Source: Camelus dromedarius
Taxonomy: Eukaryota
Reading direction: 5' to 3'
Assembly: GCF_036321535.1 (NCBI RefSeq)
Contig: NC_087436.1
Coordinates: 94,614,001-94,678,000, forward strand
DNA: 64,000 nucleotides
Positions 24,761 through 38,456 of this stretch are shown in pieces. Position numbers and translations under genes: made by a program. Below the pieces are notes generated by a model. It was not told the DNA's origin. It was given only the letters and a program-made list of their open reading frames with translations, and did no database searches. Position 1 is the stretch's first letter; each line of letters begins with the position of its first letter.

Positions 24761-25679
24761 AAAAGCTATTAAAAAGTTAACATACATAGAGCAATTAGAA
24801 TAGTTCCTATTATACAGTAAGCACTAAAAGTGTGCTACCATTATTAAGCCACATTTGCAAGCACATTGTGAGTCAAGCATCATTAGGCCAAACCACTTAA
24901 AATCATACTGTCCATTGCCACTTCCTTGGTTCTACTACTTAACTTCAGGCAAGTTTCATAAACAACTCTGAACTTGAGTTTTATACTTTTTGGTAAGGAT
25001 TAAAGAAGATACTATACTTGAAATAGCTTAGTGTAGAACCTGACACATAGTAGACATTCAGCAAACTTAGGTCGTATTGCCTCTTTCTTCCTCTTTTCCT
25101 AAATCATTACTGCAGGGTGGCTTACCCATCTCAATCAACTGACCAGTTCCAAAGCTTACTTCCCTTAGAACCAAAGTCACTCTTTATGAGGCCCAACTTC
25201 TCTGTTCTTCCCATGGTTGCGTTAACCATTCTTCACATTCTGAGAGCCTATATATTTCTATACTTTATCTAAAATAATTTGATTTGGGTTTATAACATTT
25301 ACAACCACTAATACATTCCTCATAGCTAAAGTGGCAGTAAGTTAATCTGCTAAAGTAAATTACTTAAAATAGGAAGTAGTGTTGAATTAAATAATTGAAA
25401 TTGAATTTCATGGCCAGAAGTTCTTCTAGAAATAATTTAGCCCAAATTTCCCTCCCTACTTCTCTTGCATTTCAAGATTAAGAAGCTCCCAGAGAAGTTC
25501 ACCCAAGCTTGCCAAAGTCATGCAGGTAACTAGTGCTTGGAACCAAGACTAGAACCTCGGCTCCTGAGGCTGTGATACCACTACCCTGTGCTGTAGGGAA
25601 GTGAGAGTATAAACCAAAACCAGACACCTCTCTCTGCATTCTATCTGCAGGGCAGTAGTTGCTGTTTAACTTTCATACA

Positions 25680-27300
25680 ACACTGGATGCTCATTTTGAC
25701 CTTGTAGTCAAGGAGATTTTCCAATTTTTTTTTCACTTGAAATACAAATAAATCCAAGCTCATAATTCTGTTTTTAAGCAGCAGGGTTTTTTAAAGCACA
25801 TATACTCAATTTTACATTAACCTATATTAAATTACTTTTTGTATCAGCCTTTCTAGGTCTTCTGGCATCTTCTGTCATTTAGCTTATTTTCTATTAAACA
25901 CCCCCCCCCCATTTTATATTATCTGCAAACTTGATGATGAGCTTCCAATATGCTCATTTATGTGTTAAGTGATTCATGAAAATGTTGAACAGGATAGGGC
26001 TATAAAGGCCTTTGACCAACTGATGAAAACTTCTATTTCACCTTTGTATAAATCATTTCAACAAACTGTACTATCATCCAGGCCTCCTTGTCCATGAACA
26101 TTTGTCAAACGCCTTTAAAAAAATAAGGAAGTATATAAGGTTCACACTACTTTCTTGAACTACCACAGCAGTAAGAGCAGAGATGAATAAAAATGGCCAC
26201 TACTTGTTGAGTGACCAGGCCAAGGCTTTTTCATATATTATTTTAAATTTAGTCCTCTCAAGAACTCTCTAAGGTAGGAATTATAAATTTTTGTTATGGC
26301 AGAAGACTTCAGGTTCCCTAGGGCATACATGCGTGTGGTCTAGGTAACCACATATTTTTTTTAAATATTGTTGTTTTACTGACTGGTGAGAAAGAAGAAA
26401 TATACCTGGAGAGGCTGTGGAGAAAGTGGTGGGGTGTTGTTATTGTTATCTTGAGGGAGTTAAAAGTGAAGGAGAAGACGTAGATTCCCTAGGGGAGGAA
26501 TTTTAGATGAAGCGTCAAGTAAGATAAGGGGATTTTTATGAAGTTTTGTTGTGTCATGTATAAGATAATCCCCATTATTTATCAATGCCTTCAAAGTTTG
26601 AATTGTTATTGTTGTTTTATGATAAGACCAGTGTATGAAATTGGTCTCCAGGAAGGCCCTGGAATTACATTTGGGTTACATGACAGACTGGAGAAGTTAA
26701 GTGTCCAAGTCTCACTTTTGGTAAGTGGTGGAGCTGGGAATGGATTTCAGCCTCATTCCACACCAAGGCCCACTCTCTTCCCTCCTATGACCCTGCAGGG
26801 GTCAGACCAGGGAAAGTAGCAACCCTGTCAGAAAGATCCACCTATTCCTTATTGAATTCAAGCTGAACCTTGTTTTCACCACTTTTCTAAAGACTCACAA
26901 ATCCTTTGTTTAATTATCTATTCCAGAATTTTGCCAAGGGAAAATGTGCTCACAGGCTTATAGTTTCTTCTTTTGGAAAATGGGGGACATTTGTCTATGT
27001 CCAGTAACTGGCATTTCTCCTGTTCCCAGCAGAGTTACCACCACATTTCAAATTATTTTAGTAAACTGAAGAGGTAAAGTTGTGTTAAGGGGCCAGATGC
27101 GTTCTCACATCCTCACCTGTCTTGGATTTAAATTCTCTATTTCCCATGTAGGTCTACCCTTTCTAATTTGGGGACAATTCTCAGTGGTAGAAAATAGAAG
27201 TAAAGCAGGAGCTGATGATTTCCGCTTTTTTTTTCCTCTGTCTTCTGTTATCATTACACCTTCTGTTCCTTGTTCTTCTTGCTCAGAACATCAATTTTCA
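25680..27300 (-). mobile_element. Interrupted L3/CR1 fragments
   Basis: ATCTGCAAACTTGAT...AAAATGTTGAACAGGATAGGGC...TTTGTCAAACGCCTT, and TCCAGAATTTTGCCAAGG...GAAAATGGGGGACATTTG. Confidence 0.55.
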
Positions 27301-27561
27301 TGACATTGCCCTTTTATGTATTCTATTAAATACTATAATTATAAGTTAGTATTTTGGGATTAATTTATTAAAATATATCATAGGAAGTTTAGTACAAAAC
27401 CTTGCTTTTAAAAATAGTTTACCTGTTCCAAAGCATTTTTATAGCTGTTCTCTCATGAAACAATGACTACGAAGTATCCTATTTACAATATTTCCTCTAA
27501 ATTGTAGAGTTTCAGACAGCAATTCAACAATTTCATTGTTAAAATGGAGGTCTGTGGAGGC

Positions 27562-27932
27562 CTTTTCCCCCAGCTTTAGAGATATAATTGACACATAACG
27601 TTGTGTAAGTTTAAGGTGTACAAATGTGATGATTTGATACACTTACAGACTGCATGGTGATTACCACCATAACATTACCTACTACCTCCATCCTGTCATG
27701 TATTTACCATTTGTTTTTGTGGTGAGAACATTTAAGATATATTCTCTTAGCAACTTTCAAGTATATAATATGGTATTATTAGCTATAATCACCATGCTGG
27801 CCATTAGACTCCCAGAACTTGTTAATCTTACAATTGAAAATGTGTACCCTTTGACCAATATCTCCTCATTTCCCACATCCTGCAGCCCCTATCACTCTAC
27901 TTTCTGTTTCTCTGAGTTTGGCCTTTTTAGAT
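27562..27932 (-). mobile_element. L1MA-type 3'UTR fragment
   Basis: GAGATATAATTGACACATAAC...GTGGTGAGAACATTTAAGAT...CTTAGCAACTTTCAAGTATA. Confidence 0.8.
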
Positions 27933-28841
27933 TGAACTGGAGGCCCATTTAAGTGGTAGGAATAGAAATTGAGTCCATCTCTCAGAAAGTACAACATGAT
28001 AATGCAGGAAAAAGAAGAGACACTATATTAATAACAGGAGTTTTCTTTAGACCATTTTCCCCCCTTCCAAGTTATTCATTCTCTCTGGGGAGGTAAACTA
28101 CCTTTGTAGCCTAATACTTGATTTGAATTTCCATAGCTGTTCTATTAGAAAAAGGTATTTACATCATTTTGTATTTCCCCAAATAGCTAGCAAGAAACCC
28201 TCTTTAAAGCAAGTGGTTAGGTTCTACGTTCAATTGTTTCATTTATGTGATTTTGAAACTCAAAAGTGGTGACTCAGAGCTGACTCTTTGGGTGGGCATA
28301 TTAGAATTCAGCCACTGAAAAGTTTATGCTTGGCATTTTTGGCATTTTGTGTCTTCTCTGCCTTGCCTAAATTCTCTTAATGTGGCAGGATTTTCAGTTC
28401 ACTTCAGTGAACTGTTCTAGAGCAGCTGCCCATGTAGTGCCTATCCTTTGCATTGGATTACAACTATGAGGCAGTCTCTGCCTTTAAGGCACTCACAGCC
28501 TAGTTGGGATGACAGCCATGTCAGAAAATAATACAACAGTGTGTGATGTGTGAAACAAGTGAAGTATGTGCTAAGGAGTGAAATAGTGCAAAGGAGAATA
28601 TTCTCATTGTGAGGTGCAGGAAAGTGTCACAGAACACCAGTGTAGTCACCACATATGAAAGAATGAATAGGTATGCAGCAGGGACATTCCAGACAACAGA
28701 CACGCCATATAAAGAACATGATGTGTACAGAAACAAAGATGTGACCAATATTCTAGTGCAATGTGTAGGTGGAATGTGGGGTCCAGATTGTGATTTATGC
28801 CATGCAAAGGAATTTGAACTTTGTCCTGGATGAGAGGTTTT

Positions 28842-29053
28842 TTGGGGGGGGCGGGGAGGGAGGTAATTAGGTTTGTTTGTTTGTTTATGTATGTATGTAT
28901 GTATGTATGTATGTGTGTATGTGTGTATGTGTATATGTATGTATGTATGTATTTATTTATTTATTTATTTTTTAGAGAAGGTACTAGGGATTGAACCCAG
29001 TACTTTGTGCACACAAAGTATGTGTTCTAGCACTTTGAGTTATACCCTCCTCC
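28842..29053 (-). mobile_element. tRNA-Ala-derived SINE (vic-1 type) with expanded internal (TATG)n, inside an L2-like fragment
   Basis: GAGGTAATTAGGTTT...GGTACTAGGGATTGAACCCAG...TGAGTTATACCCTCC. TSD TGGATGAGA(C)GGTTTT at ~28827 and ~29054. Confidence 0.85.
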
Positions 29054-29588
29054 TGGATGAGACGGTTTTGAGTCGGGAAATGACTGGTCAGGGAGAAGTC
29101 TTTGAAAATCATCGTGGCAGTAATACGGAGGACGGCTTGTAGAGGGCTTGGCTCTAGGCAGGATCGCCAGTTAGACTATTGTATTAGTTTAGGCCCTGAC
29201 TGAAGTATTGGTACTGAAAAAAGAGTGAATGCCAAAATTTAAGCAGACTGGGAGGTTACATTAACAGGACTTGGAGATAGTTTTGATGTGGGAAAGGAAG
29301 CAGATAAAATGGCTCGAAACCAGATTTCTGGTTTGTGGTTTGGACAGCTTTTTGAGATTTTGTAACTAATATCCCTGCTTCAGGTCTTCCCACTCTGCCG
29401 TCTCACACAGCAGTCTAAGCGATTTTCCCCTCTTTTTCACTTTGTGAAATTTCAGTTGAAAGAATAGTACTATGAATACTGACATAGCTTTCATCTCGAT
29501 GCACCATTTGGTAACATTTTGCCACATCTGGGCTCTTTCCTGCCCCCTCTTCTCCTCCTCCCCTTCCTCCTCTCTCCCTTGGGCCCTC

Positions 29589-30570
29589 TGCCATGGATTT
29601 GTGTTGTCAATTTAGCTAAGCTGTAACTACATTTTTCCAGAATTCACTTCTCTGCAAAGTGTTAAGAATTGTAAAGAGTCTTTAGATTTTACCCACTTAA
29701 AAGTCTGCCACAGTTCATAGATCTGGCAGAAGACACGAGACTACCAGGTTACAAACAGAGGGTTCTATTACTCACAGCAGAGCAGGCAGCATAAGCTTCT
29801 TATTCATACAGCTCCTTCGGTCATCATTCCACCCCACCCCGCAAAACAAACAAACAAACAAAGAAACAAAAAAACTCCCAATCTTTTATTATGGACTGCA
29901 AGCAAATCCGTCCAACCTTTGCCTTGGAAGGTGATATTATCATATTATTGTCTTATTATACCAGAAAGTAAACAAATCTGCACTCTGTCCCAATGGAAAA
30001 CCCTCTTTCTTTCAAGAGAAATATTTTTTTAAAAGATGTTTCAGAATAAAGTCTGACATTGTCTTTGCTCTCAAGGTGTACAGGAAAATGAGAGAACCAT
30101 GAAGAACTGTTGCCCAACACATAGCTCCAGGACCATGAGGGATTTTTTTACATGAGAGTTAGAAGGCAGAAACGAAGAGCAGCCATCTTTTAAAACTTGT
30201 ACTGTCAGTGCAGAACACCAGCAAGTGTTATAGTTGTCTGTTATCTGCTGTCTCACCCAGCTAGTGTGGGGCAACTGCCAGACTTACAGCAACTCTAGCT
30301 CCCACCAATTCTCCTCCATCAGCTTCTCCAGCTCCTGGGGAGGGTGACAGGATAACTCTTAGATAAAAGGCACCAGCTTTATTCCTTGCATTATACCCCC
30401 ATCATTAAAGTTGGAAACTTGGAGGTGATGAAAGACCTACCTGAGTTCCTGTCCACCCTGTTGATGTCCAGCTCAACCCCAGTTTTCAGTTTGTTCTTGC
30501 TTCCCCCAGTTCACATCCATCTTTCTTTCCTGAGTTCCTGCCCTATGGACTACAGCCTCCTGAAACAGAC
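29589..30570. mobile_element. LTR33-like ERVL LTR, interrupted by a second solo LTR (29660-30119)
   Basis: Outer element has TAGCTAAGCTGTAACTACATTTTTCCAGAATTC. Inner element runs TGTTAAGAATTG...CCCAACA with 5-bp flanks CAAAG/CATAG. Confidence 0.6.
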
Positions 30571-30739
30571 ACAGAAGCAACAGCCTTATATATATCAGTC
30601 AAGATAGTGTAGTATTGGCATACAAATCACTAAATATATCAATAAAACAAAACAGAGAGCCCTAAAATAGATCCACACTCATAAGATGGCTTTTTTCTTT
30701 TTTCAAAATTACTTTGTAATGTGTTTTCTTTTAAAAAAA

Positions 30740-31228
30740 TTTTTTTTTATTGAAGTGTAGTTGATTTACAATGTTAGTTTCAGGTGTACAGCAAAGTGAT
30801 TCAGTTATACATATACATACATATATATTTTTGTCTTTTTAGATTCTTTTCCATTATCTATTATTACAAGAAATTGAATATAGTTCACTGTGCTATACAG
30901 TAGATCCTTGTTGTTTATCTATTTTATATATAGTAACGTGTGTCTGTTAATGCCCAACCCCTAATTTTTCCCTCTCTGCCCTTTCCCCCATGGTAACCAT
31001 AGTCTGTTTTCTATGTTCATTAGTCTGTTTTGGGGTTGTAAATAGAATTTGTATCATTTTTTTTAGATTCTACATATAAGTGATATCATATTTGTCTTTC
31101 TCTGTCACTTAATATGATCATCTCTAGGTCCATCCATGTTCCTGCAAATGGCATTATTTCATTCTTTTTTATAGTTGAGTAGTATTCCACTGTATATGGA
31201 ATTCTTTATCCAGTCATCTGTTGATGGA
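30740..31228 (-). mobile_element. Lineage-specific L1 3' end inserted in an older L1 ORF2 fragment
   Basis: TTTTATTGAAGTGTAGTTGATTTACAATG...CCAGTCATCTGTTGATGGA. The host ORF2 resumes at TTTTTGACAAAGG. Confidence 0.85.
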
Positions 31229-31319
31229 AGGATCATTTTATTTTTGACAAAGGCATCAAAACAATTTAATGAAGAAAGGAAAGTATTTCAACAAATAGTG
31301 TTGAAATAATAAATATCCA

Positions 31320-32060
31320 AAATTGTTTGGGCTATTTTAGTTTCTTGCATTTCCATATAAAATTTAAAATCAGTTTGTCCTTTTCTCTAAAAGTCTTCAG
31401 GGATTTTGATTAAGATTACATTGGCTCTATAGACCAATTTGGGGATAACTGGCAATTTTGGGTCTTCCAATTCATGAATAAGGGTTTTTTTTTTATTATT
31501 ATTTATATCCTTAATTTCTCTCAGTCATGTTTTACTCTTTTTCAATGAAGAGGTCTTGGACAACTTTTCTTAAATTTATTCCTAAATATGTTATTTTTAA
31601 ATGCTATTGTAAATAGTATTTAAAATTGTTTATGTTCCAATAGTTTGTTGCTAATATATTGATGTACAATTGATTCTCTAGTTGGCTTCCCTGCTAAATT
31701 TTTAAATTAATTATAGCACTTTTTGGTATATTTCCTAGGATTTTCAGTGGAAGCAATCAATAACCAATTTGCAAATGGAAATAGTTGTACTTCTTCCTTT
31801 TAAATCTCTATTATCCTTTTTTCCCTCACCTTATTGCTTTAGCTAAGAGCTCTAATACAATAATAATAGAAGTGAATGTGGGTATCCTATCTTTATGCCC
31901 AATCTTAGAGGGAAAGCATTCCCTAGTCCACCATTAAGTATGATACTAGCTGCAGTATCTGTACATGTTTCTACAGACTGAGGAAGCTCTTTTCTGTTCT
32001 TCATTTGATGAGAATTTATGTTATAAATGGTTACTGAGTTTTATCAAATGCTTTTTCTGT
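31320..32060 (-). mobile_element. Old L1 ORF2 fragment
   Basis: TTGGGCTATTTTAG...CACCATTAAGTATGAT...TTTTATCAAATGCTTTTTCTG. Confidence 0.75.
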
Positions 32061-33434
32061 GTTGATAGGAGATATATATAGCTATATATATTTATAGATC
32101 TAGATCTATGTGTCTATGTATTTATATATCTATATTTATGTATCTGTATAGATACATCTGGAGCACCCTTTCTGTACAGCTTGTTCCTCTCTAGTGCACT
32201 GTCCCAGAGATTTTAGCCAACTCAGAGGCCATAAACTCTCATATCAGCCTCCTGAGTTCAGTAGGACCTCTGTCCTCTGCTCAGACTCAAGCTCTGCACT
32301 ATACTTAGGAAACTGCCCCCAGACAGAGAGCTGGTGTATGCTGTTTATTGTCTGAAAGTAGTTGCTGAATATGTTTTGTGCAGTTTTACAGTTGATTATT
32401 CCACTATGACCGGTAGTGGAAGTCAAATGCAGCAACATTTCAAAAATGCTTTTCTCTTTCTCTTAATTATGGAATAACAGGCTTCTTTTTTTTCTTGTGT
32501 ATTACTTTTTTGTATTTTCCAATTTACATCAATGAAAAAGTTTTCTCTGTATTTAGGAAAACCCCACAGCTTTAAACATATGCATATTTCTTTTTTACAC
32601 CTATAATTATCTTGCTTCTACCCTGGGGAGGATACACTCTACTTTGAAGGTCAACATTGGATCCTGGTATTGAGTTGAAAAGATCATTAACTAGGAGAAC
32701 AGTTAGAAAACAAACATTGCACCAACGAATTGGGACACAATGCTTCTCTTCTAGCCTCATGTCTGTATTCCAGGTAGGAATGAGGGTAAAGGTGAAAAGC
32801 AAAAGGAAGTATGAATGCCAAATGAGTTTGTACCCATTCTATTGGTAAGGGAGAATAGGTTAATAGATATTGGGTAGACAATTTGAAATCTCTGCATAAC
32901 AATTGAGATCTAAGAAATCATCTAGCTCACAGTCATTTTGCAAATGAGAACACTGAGGTCTGGAAAAGTTAGTTTGCCTCTACTCATATAACTTGTTAAT
33001 GATAACAAATTGGAATAGACAGAGTATGGACTTTTAGTCAAACATTTCTAGAGTCACATTCTGGCTCCACCACTTCCTAATTGTGCAACTTTGGGTCAAG
33101 TTATTTAATCTCTCTGAGTCTCAGTTTCTTCATTTTCAAAATGATAGTAATCTTACCTATTTCAATTGATTGTTGTTAGAGTTAAATGTATAGACACAGA
33201 GCTAATCCCAAAGAGATGGTTGGTGTTCAATAAATATTATTTCTATATTCTTTCCAGTTATTTGCAAAGCAAGGGCACTGTATACAATAACTCATTTAGA
33301 GATTGTTCAGTATACCACTTTGAATAAAGATATTCATAAGACTAAATACTCAAATGATACACTTATTATAAACATTTTAAAGAGTATGCAGGACAAAGAA
33401 ATAAACATATTTTCATTTATATGTTTATAATACC

Positions 33435-33950
33435 TGTGATGGTTAATTTTATGTATCTACTTGACTGGACCTTGGGATGCCTGGATATTATGTCAAACAT
33501 TATTCTGGGTGTATATGTAAAGGTGTTTCTGGATAAGATTAACATTTTGAATCAGTAGACTAAAACAAATTTCCCCCTAATTTAGTGAATGGGACTTATC
33601 TAATCAGTTGAAGGCTTGAATAGAGCAAAAAGCTGACATTCCCTCAAGTAAGGGAGAATTTTTCTTCCCTTCAGGCTCAAACTGAAACATAGGCTTTTCC
33701 TGGGCCTCGAGCCTGCCAGCCTCTGGACTGGAACTGAAACATTGGCTTTCCTGGTTCTCAGGCCTTTGAAGTTGGACTGGAACTACACTAGCTCTCCTGG
33801 ATTCCAGCTTAACTACTCAGCCACCAGACTGTCAGACTTGTTGGCTCCCATAATTACACAGCCAATTCCTTATAATACATCTCTTAATAAATATAAATTA
33901 ATAAACACGCACACCCCCTAATGATTGTTTCTCTTCAGAACACTAATACT
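33435..33950 (+). mobile_element. MLT2 (ERVL) solo LTR
   Basis: Starts TGTGATGGTTAATTTTATGT and ends GAACACTAATACT. Perfect 5-bp TSD ATACC at 33430-33434 and 33951-33955. Confidence 0.9.
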
Positions 33951-35489
33951 ATACCATAGATAAACACATGCACATACTTACTCCTCATTTTTCATAATTG
34001 TCGACAAGTAAGAATCCATCAGGGAATGTTTATCCAAATCCACAATAAGTTGAGAAATACTGGGCAACAGCTAACTTCTCACATCTGATAAACCTCTTAA
34101 GAATATATCTGCCTCTCTGAGAGCACTGCTCTTATCCAAAAGAACACGGCCAGTTCCAGGAGAAGCGGAGGTGACTCAGGAGCAGCAGAACCAAAGAACA
34201 CATGTCAGTCAACTCATTCCTAAAAGGGTTACCTTGCGAGAAAGCAATTTTGAACAACCCTTTTGTAACATTTCCTGTTTATGGTGCCCTTAGGCAATCA
34301 GCTTTTGCAGTTCTCTATCCATTCCTTTAGTGGTCTTGGAAATACCATGAATCATATATTCATGATCTGTCTCCTCACTGGTTGGTGACCAACGGCAGCT
34401 GGATGGGGAATTAATTAAATGGAATATTTTTCTAATCCTGTCATGTGTTTGATCTAAGTGCTATCATCAGCTCAAGATTAAATAAATGTTTTATGATTCT
34501 GGCTTTTAAATCTTAAAATGGGGATACTAATACTATCTATATATTTATTACATATGGTAGGAAAACTACAAAAAGTAAAATTATTATGAAGTATTATAAA
34601 ATAATACTCTTACTTTTCAGATGAATTGAAATGTGTGCAAATACAAAATGTTATTGCAGACACTAGAAGGCACTATTTCTCTACTGAGGCAGAAAATGAC
34701 TATAACACATTTCTTGTGTCTTAAACTCTTGCCCAATTCCTATACAAGAACAAAAAGTGCAGTATGAGAAACTTTATACATTTCTACAATGTACTAAGCA
34801 GTGTAAAGAAAACGGAAAAGGAGGGCTAGAGATAAAAAGGACAAAACAAAGAAATGTAAATCCAATTTAAAAAGACAGAAACAAAAAAGCTGCAAAAGAC
34901 CATAAAGGAGAAAAGGGATAATGAGAATAAAATGAGGTCAAAGCAAGTTTCCTTTATACAATATAATATATGGGAACTGTTTTCCATGTCACAGCTCTTT
35001 GTCATGTTATACCAAAAAAACTCTAATTTATAATTACTCAGTGGCTCTCTAGGTCTGCACTGGCTTCCCTTTCCAATCGTCTAGCCCATCTATTTCTCAC
35101 AACCGCACCTTAACAGGGAGGATAGTGGGAATGCATCAGAATCCATAGTGAAGACAAAGATGAGTGAGGGGTTTGGAGTTACCATGGAAATGCAAATACT
35201 GTTTTGATAATGCTGGCTTGTAGGAAGGAAAATAGACAAATGTTCTACTTATCCCTCCTAAATAATTGTATCTGAATACTTGGTTGAGACAAAGGAATTG
35301 AGAGGATTGTGAATGATGGAGAAATAAACTGCCCTGGACTATTTGGTTAGAGGCTTTTTTTAAAATTTAACTTTGGGGCTTAAGTTTGCACAATAGCTTT
35401 AGGTTCATTTGCTCTTGGTGGTGGTGGTGGTGTTTATTTTGCTTTCTTTTTCTCTCGTTCGCTGAAGGAATGCATTCTTCACCTTTAAT

Positions 35490-35885
35490 TCTTTTTTCTT
35501 TGTATATATATTTATTGAAATATAGTCAGTTTACAATGTTGTGTCGGTTTCTGGTGTACAGCATAATGCTTCAGTCATACATGAATATACATATATTCGT
35601 TTTCATATTCTTTTTCACCATAAGTTACTACAAGATATTGAATATAGTTCCCTATGTTATACTGTCTGAACTTGTCATTTATCTATTTCATATATATTAT
35701 TTAGTATCTGCAATTCTTGAACTCCAATTTATCCCTTCCCACCCTCTTCCCCCTCTGGTAACCATAAGTTTGTTTTCTATGTCTGTGAGTCTGTTTTGTA
35801 AATAAGTTCGTTTGTCTTTTTTTTTCAAGATTCCGAATATAAGTGGTATCATATGGTATTTTTCTTTCTCTTTCTGGTTTACTTA
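35490..35885 (-). mobile_element. Lineage-specific L1 3'UTR
   Basis: Closely similar to the 3'UTRs at 19.6, 37.1, 49 and 54.6 kb (CTGGTGTACAGCATAATG, TACAAGATATTGAATATAGTTCCC). Confidence 0.85.
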
Positions 35886-37094
35886 AAGGAATCCAGGAGG
35901 AGGCAGCACTGAGCTGGCTGGCTGCTTAGGATCTGATCTAGGTTTAATGAGGGAACCCTCTTTAAGATTGGCTTCTACTTTGAGATTAACTTAGATAAGG
36001 AGGCAGAAACTGAAAATCGCAGACTTGTACAAATCAAATATTGTACATTTAAGAACCTAGGCAATCAGGTCTGGAGATTCACAGGAAATTTTACTAACTG
36101 TGCTTTGAGAACAAGGAAATCAAAGTGGTTTATTTAGCAAATTCAGATGAGAGGTTAAAAAACCGAACCAAACAATTTCTCAAAAATAAATATTCCATTA
36201 AACTATGAGTTCTCAAAGAATCATGTCCTACATCTTTTACATCTCACTTACCTTCATATACACAATGCCTGGCAAATAGCAGGCACTTAATAATGGTATT
36301 TGAATGAATGAACATGAAAACATTCTCCTGGAGTTAGGCATTCAGGCTATCAACTGTTGGGTTTTGTTTTGTTTTTTGTTTTTGTTTTTGTTTTTTTCTT
36401 TTCCCTGATCTTTTTTAGTCCTTGCTTTCATTGGACCATGCTCTTATGATAGAAAGTATTCTCTTTCTCAGCTCTTACCAGGAGTATCTGAGTCCAAAGA
36501 CCATAATTGAGGCTGGTGCCAATCTCTGAGTTAGAGAGAGAGAGGAGATTTTTAATGTCCAGTAAATAAATTCGTGATGCCCTCAAGCTCCTTGGAGGAA
36601 TAGGAAAAAAACTATTGGGAACTTCTTAACTCAACAGGGAGTCGTGATGACAGAGGACACATTCTTTCTTCAATATGAATTTAGACTTTGATTTTCTCAA
36701 GAAGAATCACTAATGCAAGCCCTTGAGAGATATACTTACCTTATATATGACCAAGGGACTGGCAGTGTTGCTGCCCACCTGGTTGAAGCTCACAGTTACT
36801 TAAGACCAGAGCCATTGAGAATGAGTGCCCAGCTGGTGGAAACTTCTTGCCCAGCAAAGGCAGATTAGTATTGCTATGCAATATAGTCTGCCTTCTTATA
36901 GGGACTTGTGCTGACTTCCTTCTACTCTTGTAGTCCCTGTTTGAGACCCTAGGGCTAGCCTAGGGCAGATTGAGGGAGAAGGGTCCATGGGATGAAACTC
37001 TTCCTATGGAAGGAACAGGACAGTTTAACCCACCCTCACTCCCCAGGAACAGTGTGGAGTAGTAGGACTGAGTGTCTTTTGGGGGGGGATATAT

Positions 37095-38456
37095 TTTTTT
37101 TAATGGTTTTCTTTTCTTTTTATTGAGGTAAAGTCAGCTTACAATGTTGTATCAATTTCTGGTGTACAGCACAATGTTTCAGTCGTATATGAATATACAT
37201 ATATTCATTTTCATATTCTTTTTCACCGTAAGCTACTACAAGATAGTGAATATATTTCCCTGTGCTATACAGTATAAACTTGTTTGTGTATTTTATATAT
37301 ACCAGCGAGTATCTACAAATCTCGAACTTCCAGTTTATCCCTTCCCACCCCCCTCCCTGCTGGCAACCACAAGTCTGTATTCTATCTCTGTGAGTCTGTT
37401 TCTGTTTTATATATAAGTTTATTTATCTTTTTTTTTTAATTCCACATATGAGTGATATCATATGGTATTTTTCTTTCTCTATCTGGCTTACTTCCCTTAG
37501 CATGATGATCTCCAAGTCCAGCCATGTTGCAAGTGGCATTATTTTATTCTTTTTTATAGCTGAGTAGTATTCCATTGTATAAATACACTACAACTTCTTT
37601 ATCCAAGTCATCCGTTGATGTTTCCATGTCTTGGCTATTGTAAATAGTGCTGCTATGAACACTGAGGTACATGTATCTTTTCAACTTAGGGCTCGCTCTG
37701 GTATATGCCCAGGAGTGGGGATTGCAGGATTATATGGTGACTCTAGTTTTAGTTTCTTGAGAAATTTCCATAATGTTTTCCACAATGGCTGCACCAAACT
37801 ACATTTCCACCAATAGTGTAGGAGGGTTCCCTTTTCTCTACATCCTCTCTGGCATTTATCGTTTGTGGACTTTTTAATGATGGGCATTCTGATTGGTGTG
37901 AGGTGATACCTCATTGTATTTTTGATTTGCATTTCTCTGATAATTAGTGACATTGAGCACTTTTCCGTGTGCCTTTTTGGCATTTGTATGTCTTCATTGG
38001 AGAATTGCTCGTTTAGGTCTTCTGCCCATTTTTGGATTCGGTTGTTTGGTTTGTTTGTTGTTATTATTATGCCATGTGAGCTCTTTATATATTCTGGAAA
38101 TTAAGCCCTGTCAGTCGCATCATTTGCAAATATTTCCTCCCATTCCATAGGTTGTCTTTCTGTTTTGCTTATGGTATCCTTTGCTGTGCAAAATCTTGTA
38201 AGTTTAATTAGGTCCCATTTGTTTAATTTTGCTTCTATTTCTATTGCCTGGGCTGCCCTAGAAGAACATTGCTAAGATTTATGTCAGAAAACGTTTTGCC
38301 TGTGTTTTCTTCTAGAAGGTTTATAGTGTCTTGTCTTATGTTTAAGTCTTTAAGCCCGTTTGAGTTTATTTTTGTGTATGGTACGAGGGAGTATTCTAAC
38401 TTCATTGATTTACATTCAGCTGTCCAATTTTCCCAACACCACTTGCTGAAGAGACT
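37095..38456 (-). mobile_element. Lineage-specific L1, 3'UTR plus ORF2 C-terminus
   Basis: Translates to [27 protein letters not shown]...[16 protein letters not shown] (ORF2 Cys-rich domain). Co-linear with the 19548-20830 copy. Confidence 0.92.
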
